Origin: an uncultured Candidatus Rokubacteria bacterium
GTDB taxonomy: Bacteria > Methylomirabilota > Methylomirabilia > Rokubacteriales > CSP1-6
Direction of reading: 5' to 3'
NCBI GenBank assembly: GCA_963789955.1
Contig: CAWBMV010000035.1
Span: forward strand, 1-64,000
DNA length: 64,000 nt
Below the pieces are notes generated by a model, which did not search any database, was not told where the DNA came from, and saw only the letters and a program-made list of their open reading frames with translations. A program made the translations under genes and the position numbers. The stretch's first letter is position 1, and each line of letters opens with the position of its first letter. This document shows positions 1 through 11,349 of this stretch, piece after piece.

Positions 1-92
1 ACGTAGGTCAGCGCGTGGCCGACGCGCTGCCACACGCGATGGCGTTTGGCACGCCGGGCGCCGACGGCGCTGCGCTCGAGCGCGATCGCCAT
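1..92 (-). CDS. 5' end of probable second carbohydrate ABC permease (runs off window)
   Basis: ATG overlaps the upstream permease stop (ATGA); reads MAIALERSAVGARRAKRHRVWQRVGHALTY. Confidence 0.55.
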   Translation of the reverse strand, partial: MAIALERSAVGARRAKRHRVWQRVGHALTY

Positions 93-1000
93 CAGGCCGC
101 CGCCCGCGTCTCCCGGACGCGCTGGATCCACATGAACACCAGGGTCAGGACCAGCACGCCGCCGACGATCACGTACGAGAGCGCCGCGGCGTAGCTCATG
201 CGAAAGTCTTTGAAGCCCATCAGGTACGTCGTGAACGCGACCGTCTCCGTAGCGCCGCCGGGCCCACCGTAGGTGAGCACGAAGATCAGCCCGAACAGCT
301 TGGTCAGGTCGATGAGCCGGATCATCATGCCGACCGCCATCGTGAACTTGAGCAGCGGCAAGGTGATCGACCAGAAGCGCTGCCAGGCGCTGGCGCCGTC
401 GGCCCTGGCCGCCTCGTAGAGCTCGGTCGGGATCGACTGCAACCCGGCCAGCAGTACCAGCATCATGAACGGCGTGTTGTGCCAGACCTCGACCAGCACG
501 ACGGCGATGATCGACACCAGGGGCGACGAGAACCAGTCGAAGTAGACGTCGATGATCCCGAGCTGGCGCCCGAGGTTGTTGATCGCCCCGTACTTGACCC
601 CGTACATCATCCGCCACGCCATCGCCGCCATCACCGGCGAGACCATCGACGGGACGACCAGGAGCGCGGTGATGATCGGCCGGCCGCGGAGCACGCGGCT
701 CAGCAGGAGCGCGATCCCGAGCCCCAGCAGGAGCTCGAGGACCAGGGACGGGGCGATGAGCAGCGCGGTGTTCCAGACCGAGCCCATGAAGCGCTCGTCT
801 CTGAAGAGCGCCTCGGTGTAGTTCTTCACGCCGACGAACTCGTACTCCGGGCCGACCGAGAGGTCGAAGTTCTGGAACGACAGATAGAACGAGTACGCGA
901 GCGGGAAGAGGATGACAAAGGCGATCAGGGCCATCGACGGCGAGGCGAAGGCCAGGGGTTCCCACTGCTTGCGCTTGAGCCCCAGCGTCGGGATTCGCAT
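92..1000 (-). CDS. Carbohydrate ABC transporter permease (UgpA/MalF-like)
   Basis: EAA loop ELYEAARADGASAWQRFWSITLPLL; multiple TM helices; start taken at MRIPTLG. Confidence 0.9.
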   Translation of the reverse strand: MRIPTLGLKRKQWEPLAFASPSMALIAFVILFPLAYSFYLSFQNFDLSVGPEYEFVGVKNYTEALFRDERFMGSVWNTALLIAPSLVLELLLGLGIALLLSRVLRGRPIITALLVVPSMVSPVMAAMAWRMMYGVKYGAINNLGRQLGIIDVYFDWFSSPLVSIIAVVLVEVWHNTPFMMLVLLAGLQSIPTELYEAARADGASAWQRFWSITLPLLKFTMAVGMMIRLIDLTKLFGLIFVLTYGGPGGATETVAFTTYLMGFKDFRMSYAAALSYVIVGGVLVLTLVFMWIQRVRETRAAA

Positions 1001-1087
1001 ATGGTGCCGGAAGAAGACCACGCCGCGGCATGGCCTGTCAAGGCGCGGTGAACCGCGGTAGGATCGCTCGCCTGAGGAGGGCCGCCC

Positions 1088-2528
1088 ATGCCGCGTCGCA
1101 TCGCCATCCACGCCGGTTACGTGATCGCCTACGACGGCCGCGGCCATCGCCTGCTACGGGACGGCGCCGTGATGGTCGACGGCGATCGTATCGTCTCGGT
1201 CGGACCACGGGCGGCCGCACCCGCCGGGGCCGACGTCGAGATCGTCGAGGCCCGCGACTCGATCCTGACGCCCGGGCTGATCTCGACCCACGCGCACATC
1301 GGCGGCTCGCCGCTCGACCGCTCGTTCATCGAGGACCGCGGCAATCCCCAGTTCTTCTACTCCGGGCTCTTCGAGCTCCTGCCCGTCCGCGGCTCGGCGC
1401 AGGACGAGGACGCGACGCGCGCGTGCGTGGACTTCTCGATGGCCGAGCTGCTCCGCGGCGGCGTGACGACGGTGATGGAGATCGGCGGCGCCAGCGAGTA
1501 CGTCGCCGACCCGCGCCGCCGACTACGGGCTGCGCGTGTACGTGGGCCTCGCCTTCCGCTCCGGGCGCTGGCTCACGCGCGACGGCCGGCGGGTCGAGTG
1601 GGAGTGGGACGAGGAGCAGGGCCGCCGCGGGCTCGCCCAGGCGATCGAGATCCACAAGAAGTACGACGGCGCCCACGGCGATCTGGTGCGCTGCTTCTTC
1701 TCGCCGGCGCAGGTCGACACGTGCACGCCCGAGCTCTTGCAGGCGTCCAAACGCGCCGCCGACGAGCGCCAGCGCCCGTGGCAGCTCCACACCTCGCAGT
1801 CGGTCGTCGAGTTCAACGAGATGCTCGGCCGCCACGGCAAGACGCCGGTCGCGTGGCTGCGCGATCTCGGCGTGCTCGGACCGAGCGCGATCCTCGGCCA
1901 CGCGATCGTGATCGGCGGCTCGTCGTGGACGAACTACCCCTCGGGCGACGTCGCGATCATGGCCGACGCCGGGTGCTCGGTCGCGCACGCGGTCTGGGTC
2001 TTCGCGCGGCGCGGCGTCGTCATGGAGTCGTTCGCGAGCTACCGGCGCGCCGGCGTGAACATGTCGCTCGGCACGGATACGAATCCGCAGAGCGTCATCG
2101 AGGCCATGCGCTGGGCGGCGGTCGTGTCGAAGATCGTCGAGCGCAACACCGAGGCGACCACCGCCGCCCACGTGTTCGACGCGGCGACCCTCGGCGGCGC
2201 CCGGGCGCTCGGCCGTGACGATCTCGGACGCATCGCGCCCGGCGCGAAGGCCGATCTCGTCCTGTGGAAAGGCGCCTCGTGGGGCATGACGCCGCTGCGC
2301 GATCCCGTGAAGAACATCGTCTACAACGCGACGGCCGAGGACGTCGATCGCGTGTGGGTCGACGGCCGTCTCGTCGTCGACGGCGGGCGCGTGCGCGCGG
2401 CCGACGAGCGCGCCATCCTCGCCGCGCTCCAGGCCGGCGGCGAGCGGATGTGGCCGCGCATGGCCCAGTTCGACTGGGCGGGCCGCGACGCGGACGCGCT
2501 CTCTCCTCAGACCTACCCGGAGTGGTAG
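1088..2528 (+). CDS. Metal-dependent amidohydrolase (SsnA/AtzA-like); one frameshift near 1510
   Basis: PGLISTHAH in ORF 1088; QLHTSQS, LGTD and GRIAPGAKADLV in ORF 1536; GAGGAGG RBS. Confidence 0.85.
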
Positions 2529-2543
2529 CGGCGCCGTCTGGAA

Positions 2544-4112
2544 CTATTTGGCGACGAGCTTCAGGTCCTCGTAGGGGGCGGAATAGGCGTGGTTGGTGAT
2601 CAGGGTCAGCCCTGATTCCGCCACCCGTGGTCCGTGACCGTTGATGAATGCGAGCTCCCAGATCGGCGCGACCATCGCCTTGTCGTAGATGAGCTGCTGG
2701 ATCCGGTGCAGAACGACCTCCCGTTTCTTCGCGTCCATCTCGCTCGCCTGCTCGCCGAGGAGTCCCTCGATGTCGGGATATGTGCCGTAGGTGAACGTGC
2801 CGCCGGCCGCCACGAAGGCGTCGAGCCGTGTGGCCGCGTTGCCGAAGGCGCCGCTCGCGGTCTGGATGATGTTCTTCAGCTTCTTCTGGCTATTCTGAAG
2901 AATGAACGCGGCGCGCTCGAGCGGACGCATCTGCACCCGGATGCCGACGGTCTGCAGGTAGTTCACGACGCCTTCGCCCAGGTTCGAGTATGACGCGTCA
3001 CAGAAGTACTCGCCCGCGTCGAAGCCGTTGGGATAGCCGGCTTCGGTCAGGAGCTGGCGCGCCTTCTTGGGGTCGTAGACCGGCGCGGGCGCCGGCCAGT
3101 AGAACTCGAAATTGTGAGGAATCATGCTCCCGGTGATCCGTGAGAAGCCGAGGGTCTCGGCCCGGTTGATCGCCGGCCGGTCGATGGCGTAGCTGGCGGC
3201 GAGCCGTACGCGCTTGTCGGCCCAGGGTGATTTCGGGTCCGTCCACTGCTCCGGGAAGACGAGCCAGAACGTGCCCGGCGGATAGTTCGGCTTGAGCGTG
3301 AGCCCCGGAGTCCGCTTGAGCTCCTCGGCGAGCGCGCCGCGGATCGAGTAGGCGATGTCGGCCTCGCCGCGCTTGAGCATGGCCAGCCGCGTCGACTCGT
3401 CGGGGATCGACTTGAACACGAGCCGCTTCACGCTCGGCGTCTTGCGCCAGTAGCCGTCGAAGGCCTCGAGGACCAACTCGACGCCCGGCTGGAAGCTCAC
3501 GAACTTGTACGGGCCCGCGCCGATCGGCGCGCGCTTGAAGGCGTCGTCGCCGACTTTCTCGACGTACTTCTTGGGCACGATCCAGCCGGCGCCGGTGGCC
3601 ATCGTGCCGTAGAAGGTCATGAAGTCCGGCCACGGATGCTTGAAGCGGAAGCGGACGCGGTTGGGATCGATCACGTCGATCGAGGCGATGCGGGCCTTGA
3701 ACGGTCCCGACGCGGCGCCGCGATAGCGCTCCATGGAAAACTTCACGTCCTCGGCCGTCACCGGATCGCCGTTGTGAAACTTCACACCCCGCCGCAGGAC
3801 GAACTCGTAGCTGAGGCCGTCCGGCGTGGTCGTCCACGACTCGGCCAGGCTCGGCGCCATGGGATTGCCCGGCATCGGCTTCACGAGCGCGTCGTGAAGC
3901 GCGTACAGGAGCATGAACGGCGTGATGATGCCGGTGGTGTCGGCCGGGTCGAACCACGACGGCGCGAGCGAGACGTGCACGGCCCACGTGAGCTGTCCCG
4001 CCGGCGGCTCCGAGCGCGCCGGCGTCGCCACGACGATTCCCAGGAGCACCACCAGGATGGTCAGGATCAGCAGGAGTCGGGATATCAGCCGGAGCGGCAC
4101 CCGTTCGGTCAT
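2544..4112 (-). CDS. Peptide/nickel ABC transporter substrate-binding protein (family 5)
   Basis: Signal peptide; LAESW..., GVKFHNGDPVTAEDVKFS, PIGAGPYKF. Confidence 0.92.
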   Translation of the reverse strand: MTERVPLRLISRLLLILTILVVLLGIVVATPARSEPPAGQLTWAVHVSLAPSWFDPADTTGIITPFMLLYALHDALVKPMPGNPMAPSLAESWTTTPDGLSYEFVLRRGVKFHNGDPVTAEDVKFSMERYRGAASGPFKARIASIDVIDPNRVRFRFKHPWPDFMTFYGTMATGAGWIVPKKYVEKVGDDAFKRAPIGAGPYKFVSFQPGVELVLEAFDGYWRKTPSVKRLVFKSIPDESTRLAMLKRGEADIAYSIRGALAEELKRTPGLTLKPNYPPGTFWLVFPEQWTDPKSPWADKRVRLAASYAIDRPAINRAETLGFSRITGSMIPHNFEFYWPAPAPVYDPKKARQLLTEAGYPNGFDAGEYFCDASYSNLGEGVVNYLQTVGIRVQMRPLERAAFILQNSQKKLKNIIQTASGAFGNAATRLDAFVAAGGTFTYGTYPDIEGLLGEQASEMDAKKREVVLHRIQQLIYDKAMVAPIWELAFINGHGPRVAESGLTLITNHAYSAPYEDLKLVAK

Positions 4113-4190
4113 GAGGATCCTCCTCTGCGTCGCGAAACCGTTTGGAGCGAAGCCGAGGGACCGAGAAACGGAAACCCGAAAGTGCGCCCG

Positions 4191-4218
4191 ATTATCCGCG
4201 GATGGCCGGGGTTGTCAA
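4191..4218 (-). promoter_or_regulatory. Putative sigma70 promoter for the downstream SBP gene
   Basis: Minus strand TTGACA-N16-GATAAT, about 80 nt upstream of ATG with GGAGG RBS. Confidence 0.55.
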
Positions 4219-5181
4219 CGGGTAGAGGTGGCAGGCGACGAGCCGGCCGCTTTCCGGCGCGAGTGGCGGCTCGTCGGCGCGGCATCGGTCCATCACGTGC
4301 CGGCAGCGCGTGTGGAAACGACAGCCCGGCGGCGGATCGAGCGGGCTCGGAATCTCGCCGCTCAGGATGATCTCCTCGCGGCGGTCGCGCGGCGCGAGCG
4401 GCAGCGCGGCCGAGAACAGCGCCTGCGTGTAGGGATGCTTCGGCCGGAGCGCCACATCGGCGGCGGCGCCGAGCTCGACGATCTTGCCGAGGTACATCAC
4501 GGCGATGGCGTGGCTCATGTGCGCGACCGCCGCGAGGTCGTGCGCGATGAACAGGTAGGCGACGCCGAGCCGGCGCTGGAGATCCCGCAAGAGGTTGAGG
4601 ATCTGGGCGCGGATCGAGACGTCGAGCGCCGAGACCGGCTCGTCGAGCACCACCAGCCGGGGCGAGAGCGCCAGCGCCCGCGCGATCGCGATGCGCTGTC
4701 GCTGGCCGCCCGAGAACTCGTGCGGAAAGAGCTCGGCGGCCCGCTCGGGAAGTCCGACCAGATCCAGGAGCTCGAGGACGCGCTTGCGGAGCATCGACGC
4801 ATCGGGCCGCTCGTTGATGACCAGCGGCTCGCCGACGATCGAGCCCACGCGCATCCGCGGATCGAGGGACCCGTACGGATCTTGGAACACGGCCTGGACG
4901 GCGCGACGATACCGCCGGAGCCCGTCGCGGTCCAGCGTCGAGAGCGGCGCGCCGTCGAAGCGGATCGCGCCGCTCGTCGGCGCCTCGACGTTGAGAATCA
5001 TTCGTGAGGTCGTCGTCTTGCCGCAGCCCGATTCGCCGACGAGCCCGAGGGTCTTGCCCGCTTCGATCGTGAACGAGACGGAGTCGACGGCCCGCACCAT
5101 ACCGGCCGAACGCCCGAGGAGGCCGCGGCGCACCGGAAAGTGCTTCGTGAGCGCCTGCGCCTCGAGGAGCGTCGCGCTCAT
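4192..5181 (-). CDS. Oligopeptide/dipeptide ABC ATPase (DppF/OppF-like)
   Basis: Walker [19 protein letters not shown]-terminal GCRFHTRC. Confidence 0.92.
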   Translation of the reverse strand: MSATLLEAQALTKHFPVRRGLLGRSAGMVRAVDSVSFTIEAGKTLGLVGESGCGKTTTSRMILNVEAPTSGAIRFDGAPLSTLDRDGLRRYRRAVQAVFQDPYGSLDPRMRVGSIVGEPLVINERPDASMLRKRVLELLDLVGLPERAAELFPHEFSGGQRQRIAIARALALSPRLVVLDEPVSALDVSIRAQILNLLRDLQRRLGVAYLFIAHDLAAVAHMSHAIAVMYLGKIVELGAAADVALRPKHPYTQALFSAALPLAPRDRREEIILSGEIPSPLDPPPGCRFHTRCRHVMDRCRADEPPLAPESGRLVACHLYPLTTPAIRG

Positions 5182-6152
5182 GCGGGGGCGTCGAGCCAGC
5201 AACGGCTCGTGTGCCCGGCGCCGAGCGTGAATTCGGACGGCTCCTGTGCGCGGCATTGCTCCATCGCGTGGGCGCAGCGCGGTGCGAACGCGCAGCCCGG
5301 CGGGAGCGCCGCGAGATCGGGCGGCTGGCCGTCGATGGCGGTGAGCCATTCCGTCTGGGCTCCGAGGCGCGGCACCGACTCGAGCAGGGCTCGTGTGTAC
5401 GGATGGCCGGGCGCGGCGAAGATCGTCTCGACCGGTCCGGCCTCCACGATGCGCCCCGCGTACATCACCGCCACGCGGTCGCACATCTTCGCGACGATCC
5501 CCAGGTTGTGCGTGACGAAGATCATCGCGAAGCGATGGCGCTCCTGGAGCTCCTTGAGGAGCCGAAGGTACTGGGCCTGGATCGTGAGATCGAGGCTGGT
5601 CGTCGGCTCATCGGCGATCAGGAGCCGCGGCGGCGCCGAGATGGCCATCGCGCCCACGACGCGCTGGCGCATGCCGCCCGAGAGCTGATGGGGATACGCA
5701 CGCAGCCGCGCCGCCGGCGACGAGATCCCGACGGCCGCGAGCAGCTCGACCGCGCGGCTCGCCAGCGCCTTACCCGAGAGGCGGTGATAGCTGGCGAGCG
5801 GCTCGCGAACCTGCATCCCGATGGAGAAGACCGGGTTCAGGCTGCTCATCGGATCCTGCAGGATCATCGCGACGCGCTTGCCGCGGATCCGCTGCATCTC
5901 GCGCGCGCTCTTCGTCAAGAGATCGTCGCCGTCGAGCAGGACCTGACCGCCCAGGATGCGTGCCGCCGGGCGCGGGGTGAGCCGCAAGATCGAGAGGCAC
6001 GTCATGCTCTTACCCGAGCCCGATTCACCCACGAGGCCGAGCGTCTCGCCCTCGGCCACCGCGAAGGACACGCCGTCGACCGCCTTGATCGTGCCCCAGC
6101 GGGTCACGAGGTGAGTTCTCAGGTTGCGGACGTCGATGACGGGCGCGCTCAT
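5178..6152 (-). CDS. Oligopeptide/dipeptide ABC ATPase (DppD/OppD-like)
   Basis: [24 protein letters not shown]; start MSAPVIDV. Confidence 0.92.
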   Translation of the reverse strand: MSAPVIDVRNLRTHLVTRWGTIKAVDGVSFAVAEGETLGLVGESGSGKSMTCLSILRLTPRPAARILGGQVLLDGDDLLTKSAREMQRIRGKRVAMILQDPMSSLNPVFSIGMQVREPLASYHRLSGKALASRAVELLAAVGISSPAARLRAYPHQLSGGMRQRVVGAMAISAPPRLLIADEPTTSLDLTIQAQYLRLLKELQERHRFAMIFVTHNLGIVAKMCDRVAVMYAGRIVEAGPVETIFAAPGHPYTRALLESVPRLGAQTEWLTAIDGQPPDLAALPPGCAFAPRCAHAMEQCRAQEPSEFTLGAGHTSRCWLDAPA

Positions 6153-7276
6153 GCGAGCCGCGCGGCGCCGAGCCCGCGCCAGAGATGGACGAGCGGGTCG
6201 AGCCCGAGCGCGAGCCTCGCCAGGACGTCGCCGACGGTCGGGACCAGCGCGAACCCGTGACCGGAGAAGCCCGCCGCGACCAGCAGGCCCCCGATGCCCG
6301 GCACGGGACCGAGCACGGGTAGATCGTCGGGCGTGAAGGCCTCGATGCCCGCCCAGCTCCGGGCGACCGTGCGCGCGGCGAGCGGCAGATAGACGGCGCG
6401 AGCGATCTCGAGGCTGCCGTGGACGCTGTCGTCCAGCACCTCCCAGCGGTTCATCGTCTCGTCGGGCACGCGCGCGGGCCAGCCGCCGCCGATGAGATAG
6501 GCGCCGTCGGCCAGCTGCTTCAGGCTGAGCGGCCGGCCGAAACAGCCGACGACCGGTGTCAGGCTCGCGGGCGCCGCGTCGGTCAGGAGCATCTGCAGCC
6601 CGCGGCCGCGAAGGGGAAGCTTCACGCCGATCTTCCCGAGCAGCGGCGCGCTCCACGCGCCCGCCGCCACGAGCGTCGTGTCGCACGGCTGGCGCTCGCC
6701 GTCGCTCCGCACGACACCCACGACGCGCGCGCCCTCCACGACGAGCGCGTCGGCGCCGACACCCTCTTCGATCCGCGCGCCGACCCGCCGAGCCGCGGTC
6801 GCCCATGCCTGGACCGTGGCGACGGCCTCCGCCTGGCCGTCGATCGCGCAGTACACGCCGCCTCGACACTCGGGCGAGAGACCAGGCGCCAGGCGGTGCG
6901 CGGCCGCGGCCTCGACCAGCTCTACCGGGACGCCGTCGGCGCGCTGCTCGCCGACCGACGCGCGGGCCTCGGCCCAGCCGGACTCGTCGAGGGCGATTCT
7001 CAGACCGCCGCTGCGACGATAGCCGGTCTTCGCTTCGAGCTCGCGGTCGAGATCGGGCCAGCGACCGAGACTCTCGAGCGCCATCGCCCGTTCGGCCGGG
7101 TCGCGGCCCATCACGCGAACGCCCGCCGCGCTCGCGCTCGACGCGGCGTCGCCGAGCCGCGCACGGTCGAGCACGATGACGCGCGCTCGGCGATCGGCGC
7201 GGCGCAGGTGGAATGCCGCGCTCAGGCCCATCAACCCACCGCCGACGATGACGACCGTGCGGGCGCCCGATTCCAT
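6149..7276 (-). CDS. FAD-dependent oxidoreductase (DadA/SoxB/glycine oxidase family)
   Basis: VVIVGGGLMG, FTPDDLPVLG, GFSGHGF. Confidence 0.88.
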   Translation of the reverse strand: MESGARTVVIVGGGLMGLSAAFHLRRADRRARVIVLDRARLGDAASSASAAGVRVMGRDPAERAMALESLGRWPDLDRELEAKTGYRRSGGLRIALDESGWAEARASVGEQRADGVPVELVEAAAAHRLAPGLSPECRGGVYCAIDGQAEAVATVQAWATAARRVGARIEEGVGADALVVEGARVVGVVRSDGERQPCDTTLVAAGAWSAPLLGKIGVKLPLRGRGLQMLLTDAAPASLTPVVGCFGRPLSLKQLADGAYLIGGGWPARVPDETMNRWEVLDDSVHGSLEIARAVYLPLAARTVARSWAGIEAFTPDDLPVLGPVPGIGGLLVAAGFSGHGFALVPTVGDVLARLALGLDPLVHLWRGLGAARLA

Positions 7277-7284
7277 CGGCTGGC

Positions 7285-8178
7285 TCAGAGCTGGCGCAGC
7301 TTCGGGTCGAGCGTGTCGCGCAGCCAGTCGCCGAGCAGGTTGAACGCGAGCACGACGAGGAGAATGGCGAGCCCGGGGAAGAACGAGACCCACCAGGCGC
7401 TGGTGACGAAGTCGCGCCCCTCGGCGATCATCGAGCCCCACGCCGGCGTGGGCGGCGGGATACCGGCGCCGAGGAAGGACAGCGACGCCTCCACAATGAT
7501 GACGTAGCCGACTTGGAGCGTGGTCAGCACCACGAGCGTGTTCAACGTGTTCGGGAAGAGATGCCGGAGGATGATCCGCGCGGCCGAGGCGCCCGCGATG
7601 CGTGCCTGCGTGATGAAGTCGAGCTCCATCAGCGTGAGCACCTGCCCGCGGATCACCCGCGCGAAACGCGCCCAGAGAATGACCGCGATAGCGATCACCA
7701 CGTTGATGAAGCTCGGCCCCGCTGTGACCGCGAGAATCAGCGCGAGCAGGATCACCGGGAACGACATCGTGGCGTCGGTGGCGCGCATGAGCACGGTGTC
7801 CACCCGACCGCCGTAGTAGCCGGCGACTAGGCCCACGCCGGCGCCGAGCGCGCTCGCCAGCAGCACGGTGAGCACGCCGGCCGTCAGCGACACGCGCGCG
7901 CCCCAGATGATCCGCGACAGCAGATCGCGCCCGAGCCGGTCCGTGCCGAGCAGATGCTGCGCCGTGCCACGCTCTTCCCACACCGGCGGCGTGAAGCGCT
8001 GCCGTAAGGTCTGCTCCTCCGGATCGGCGGGGCTCAGCACGTGGGCGAACAGCGCCGCGACGACGAAGACCGCGATGATCGTGAGTGACATCACCGGCAA
8101 CCGCTGCCCGCGCAATCCACTCCGCCGCGCCGGCGCCGAAACAGCCGCCGCCACTTGCCCGCCGGACTCAGCCGCCAC
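7285..8178 (-). CDS. Peptide ABC permease (DppC-like)
   Basis: HLLGTDRLGRDLLSRIIWGAR, EASLSFLG, PPPTPAWG. Confidence 0.9.
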   Translation of the reverse strand: MAAESGGQVAAAVSAPARRSGLRGQRLPVMSLTIIAVFVVAALFAHVLSPADPEEQTLRQRFTPPVWEERGTAQHLLGTDRLGRDLLSRIIWGARVSLTAGVLTVLLASALGAGVGLVAGYYGGRVDTVLMRATDATMSFPVILLALILAVTAGPSFINVVIAIAVILWARFARVIRGQVLTLMELDFITQARIAGASAARIILRHLFPNTLNTLVVLTTLQVGYVIIVEASLSFLGAGIPPPTPAWGSMIAEGRDFVTSAWWVSFFPGLAILLVVLAFNLLGDWLRDTLDPKLRQL

Positions 8179-8213
8179 TCGAGCTCTCCGTTCGAAAGGC
8201 CCCCTTCGATTGC

Positions 8214-9134
8214 CTAGCGCACATAGCGGATCCGCGGGTCGATGAACGCGTAGACGCAATCCACCGAGAGGTTCACCACCGCGACGATCGCGGCGGTGGT
8301 GAGCACCACGGCCTGGATCACCGGGAAGTCGCGCGACGAGATCGCCTCGTACGCGAGCCGGCCCAGCCCGGGCCACGCGAACACGGTCTCGACCACGATC
8401 GCGGTCGTGACCAGGATCGAGAAATAGATACCGGCGAACGTCACGACCGGAATCAGCGCGTTCTTCAGCGCATGGACCCATACCACGCGCGACTCGGTCA
8501 CGCCCTTGACGCGCGCCAGCTTCACGTACTCGGAGTCGAGCACCTCGAGCATGCCCGAGCGCAGCAGGCGCATCATCCCGGCCACGACGAACCAGCCGAG
8601 CGTGAAGCCGGGCAGGACGTAGCTTGCGAGCCCGCCGATGCCACCGGCCGGGAGCCACTGCAGACGCCCGGCCACGACCTCGATCAGCACGATCGCCACC
8701 CAGAACGTCGGCAGCGATTGGCCAAGCACCGCGATCACCTGCGCGGCGCGATCGATCCCGGTCCCCTTCCACACCGCCGCCAGCACGCCCAGCGGAAACG
8801 CCAGCAGGAGGCTCACCGTCATCGCGAACGCCGCGAGGCGCAGCGAGTTGGGCAGCCGCTGGGCGATCAGCTCGCCGACGGGGCGCCGCGCGCGCAAGGA
8901 AGTCCCGAAATCCCCGGTGAGCGCGCGGCCGACGAACGAGAGGTACTGCGCGACGTACGGCCGGTCGAGGCCAAGATACTTCCGGGCGTTCGCGTAGTCC
9001 TCTTCACTGGCCGACATCGGCAGGATCAGGTGGAGCGGATCACCGGTGGCCCTGGCCAGCACGAACACGACCACCGAGAGGATGGCCAGGGCCGCCAGCG
9101 ATTGGAGGAGGCGCGTGAGGACGAACCGCGCCAC
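8214..9134 (-). CDS. Peptide ABC permease (DppB-like)
   Basis: GDFGTS, YVKLARVKG, ETVFAWPGLG, RDFPVIQ. Confidence 0.92.
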   Translation of the reverse strand: MARFVLTRLLQSLAALAILSVVVFVLARATGDPLHLILPMSASEEDYANARKYLGLDRPYVAQYLSFVGRALTGDFGTSLRARRPVGELIAQRLPNSLRLAAFAMTVSLLLAFPLGVLAAVWKGTGIDRAAQVIAVLGQSLPTFWVAIVLIEVVAGRLQWLPAGGIGGLASYVLPGFTLGWFVVAGMMRLLRSGMLEVLDSEYVKLARVKGVTESRVVWVHALKNALIPVVTFAGIYFSILVTTAIVVETVFAWPGLGRLAYEAISSRDFPVIQAVVLTTAAIVAVVNLSVDCVYAFIDPRIRYVR

Positions 9135-9140
9135 GCCCGC

Positions 9141-10709
9141 TCAGCGCTTCGACGAGGCGAGCTCGTCGATGAAGAAGTCGTACATCACGGTGCCCGGATT
9201 CCACTTGCCGAGCGTCTTCGACGCCGCGTACGGCGAATGCAGATAGACCACCGGCAGGCCGTAGTGCTCGCTCCGGAGCCGCGTGTAGACGTTGCGCATC
9301 AACGTCCCGATCTTCTCCTTGTCGGTTTGCCGCATGACCTGCTCGATCATGCCGTCGATCTCCGGATCGTTCACGGTGTCGCCCGCCTTCGACTTGGTGT
9401 ACGCCTGCTTCTCGAGGAAGGCGTAGGCGCCGATCCAGTCTCGGTTGGCCACGTTGTAGTAGCCGAACGCTCCGGGGGTGGCGCGATCGAACCAGTTCTT
9501 GCGGAACGCCGGATAGTCGACGGGGACCAGCTTCGGCTGGACGCCGACCTTCTGCCAGTACCCGGCCACGGCCTCGGCGAACGCCTTCCCCTCGGGCAGC
9601 CCGGGGAGCTGAAAGGCGTACATCATGAGCGGGAACCCGTTCGCGAACCCGGCTTCGGCGAGCAGCTTCTTGGCGCGAGCCGGATCGTACGGGTACTGCA
9701 TCTCGGGCGTCGCCTTGAAGCCGATGTCGCGATACGCCCACGAGAGCCCCAGCGGCACGTACGCTGGATCGGCGTAGCCGGCGAAGATCGATTGGGCGAT
9801 CTCGTTGCGGTCGATGGCGAGGTTCAGCGCCTCGCGCACGCGCTTGTCCTTGGTCGGCTGGCCGTCGCGCGGCAGGATCCACCAGGCCGTCAGGATGGCC
9901 TCTTCTCTCCGGAAGTGAATCGGGAACGATTCGCGCTCGAGCTCCTTGACCCGGTCGCGGCTCACGTCGGCGATGTCGACCTCGCCGCGACGCAGGAGCG
10001 CGATTCGCGTCGTCTCTTCCGGCACCAGCTTGAAAGTGACCGTCTTGAAGCGGGGAACGCCGATGCGCCAGTGGTTGTCGACGGCCGTGAGCTTGATGTG
10101 CGAGCCCGTCACCTGCTCCACGAACTTGTATGGCCCGCTGCCTACCGGCTTCTGCGCAAACGCGTCGTCGCCGATCGCCTCGAGATATTTCTTCGGCAGG
10201 ATCATTCCCTCGGTCGAGAGCGAGCGGGACAGGTACGTCGGGATGATCAAGGTCGGATCCTTGGTGACGATGACCACCCGGTCGGGTGCCGGCGTTTCGA
10301 TGTCCACGATGAGCGTGCGCAGCGGCCCGGCGTAGCCGGTGGTCGAGCGCTTGCCGATCGCGCGCTGCAGGCTGAACTTGACGTCCTCGGACGTCGCCTC
10401 CTCGCCGGTGTGGAACTTGACGCCCTTGCGGAGATAGAACGTCCAGCGCTTGTGGTCCGCGGAGTTTTCCCAGCGCGTCGCGAGCCCTGAATCCTTCGAG
10501 AGCTGGCCGTCGGGTGTCACGCCGACGAGGTAATCGAACATCAGCGACATGTAGTACTTCACCACGTGGCCGCCCAGGACCGGATCGAGCACCTCCGTCG
10601 AGAAGCTGGAGAGCGCGACGGTGAGATCTGTCTTGCCCTGCGCGACGGCCGGGCCGGCCAGGACGGCGACCAGCAACAACGTCGCCAGCAGTGCGATGGA
10701 GAGCCTCAT
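9141..10709 (-). CDS. Peptide/nickel ABC substrate-binding protein (family 5)
   Basis: Signal peptide; LRKGVKFHTG, PVGSGPYKF; AAGGAG RBS. Confidence 0.92.
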   Translation of the reverse strand: MRLSIALLATLLLVAVLAGPAVAQGKTDLTVALSSFSTEVLDPVLGGHVVKYYMSLMFDYLVGVTPDGQLSKDSGLATRWENSADHKRWTFYLRKGVKFHTGEEATSEDVKFSLQRAIGKRSTTGYAGPLRTLIVDIETPAPDRVVIVTKDPTLIIPTYLSRSLSTEGMILPKKYLEAIGDDAFAQKPVGSGPYKFVEQVTGSHIKLTAVDNHWRIGVPRFKTVTFKLVPEETTRIALLRRGEVDIADVSRDRVKELERESFPIHFRREEAILTAWWILPRDGQPTKDKRVREALNLAIDRNEIAQSIFAGYADPAYVPLGLSWAYRDIGFKATPEMQYPYDPARAKKLLAEAGFANGFPLMMYAFQLPGLPEGKAFAEAVAGYWQKVGVQPKLVPVDYPAFRKNWFDRATPGAFGYYNVANRDWIGAYAFLEKQAYTKSKAGDTVNDPEIDGMIEQVMRQTDKEKIGTLMRNVYTRLRSEHYGLPVVYLHSPYAASKTLGKWNPGTVMYDFFIDELASSKR

Positions 10710-10789
10710 GCTGAGCTCCTTTTTTGTTCGCGGTATCGGAAACTGCGTCGACGACTCAGAAACGCCGCGATGGTAGCATGACGCCCGAC

Positions 10790-11230
10790 ATGGCCGATCT
10801 CACCCTGCGCCAAGCCACCACGATCGTCGAGGCGTCGCTCAAGAAGGGGCGCGAGACCAGCTGCGCGCCGCTGGCCGTCGCGGTCCTCGACGCGGGCGGA
10901 CACTTGAAGGCGTTCGGGCGCGAAGACGGCGCCGGGATCGTTCGACCGCAGATCGCGATCGGCAAGGCCTGGGGCGCGCTCGGGATGGGCGTCGGCTCGC
11001 GGGCGCTGGCGCGGCGCGTGGCCGAGCAGCCGCAGCAGCAGGCGTTCTTTGCCGCGCTCAACGCGATGTCCGAGGGCCGCGTCGTGCCGGCGCCGGGCGG
11101 CGTGCTCATCCGCGACGCGGGCGGCGCGGTGATCGGCGCGGTCGGGATCTCCGGCGACGTGTCGGACAAGGACGAAGCGTGCGCGCTGGCCGGGATCGCG
11201 GCCGCCGGCCTCAGCGCCGACACCGGCTAG
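10790..11230 (+). CDS. GlcG/HbpS family heme-binding protein
   Basis: AVAVLDAGGHL, AIGKAWGA, GGVLIRD, IGAVGISG, DEACA. Confidence 0.88.
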   Translation: MADLTLRQATTIVEASLKKGRETSCAPLAVAVLDAGGHLKAFGREDGAGIVRPQIAIGKAWGALGMGVGSRALARRVAEQPQQQAFFAALNAMSEGRVVPAPGGVLIRDAGGAVIGAVGISGDVSDKDEACALAGIAAAGLSADTG

Positions 11231-11349
11231 CAGACCTCTCCTAACGTCCTGATCTCGGCTTCAAATTTCCCGGTGAACAGCTGGGGATACTGTGGACAAC
11301 TTCGCGGTTGACAGCCGCGGCGTTTCCAGACTACCAAGCGCAAGCGCCG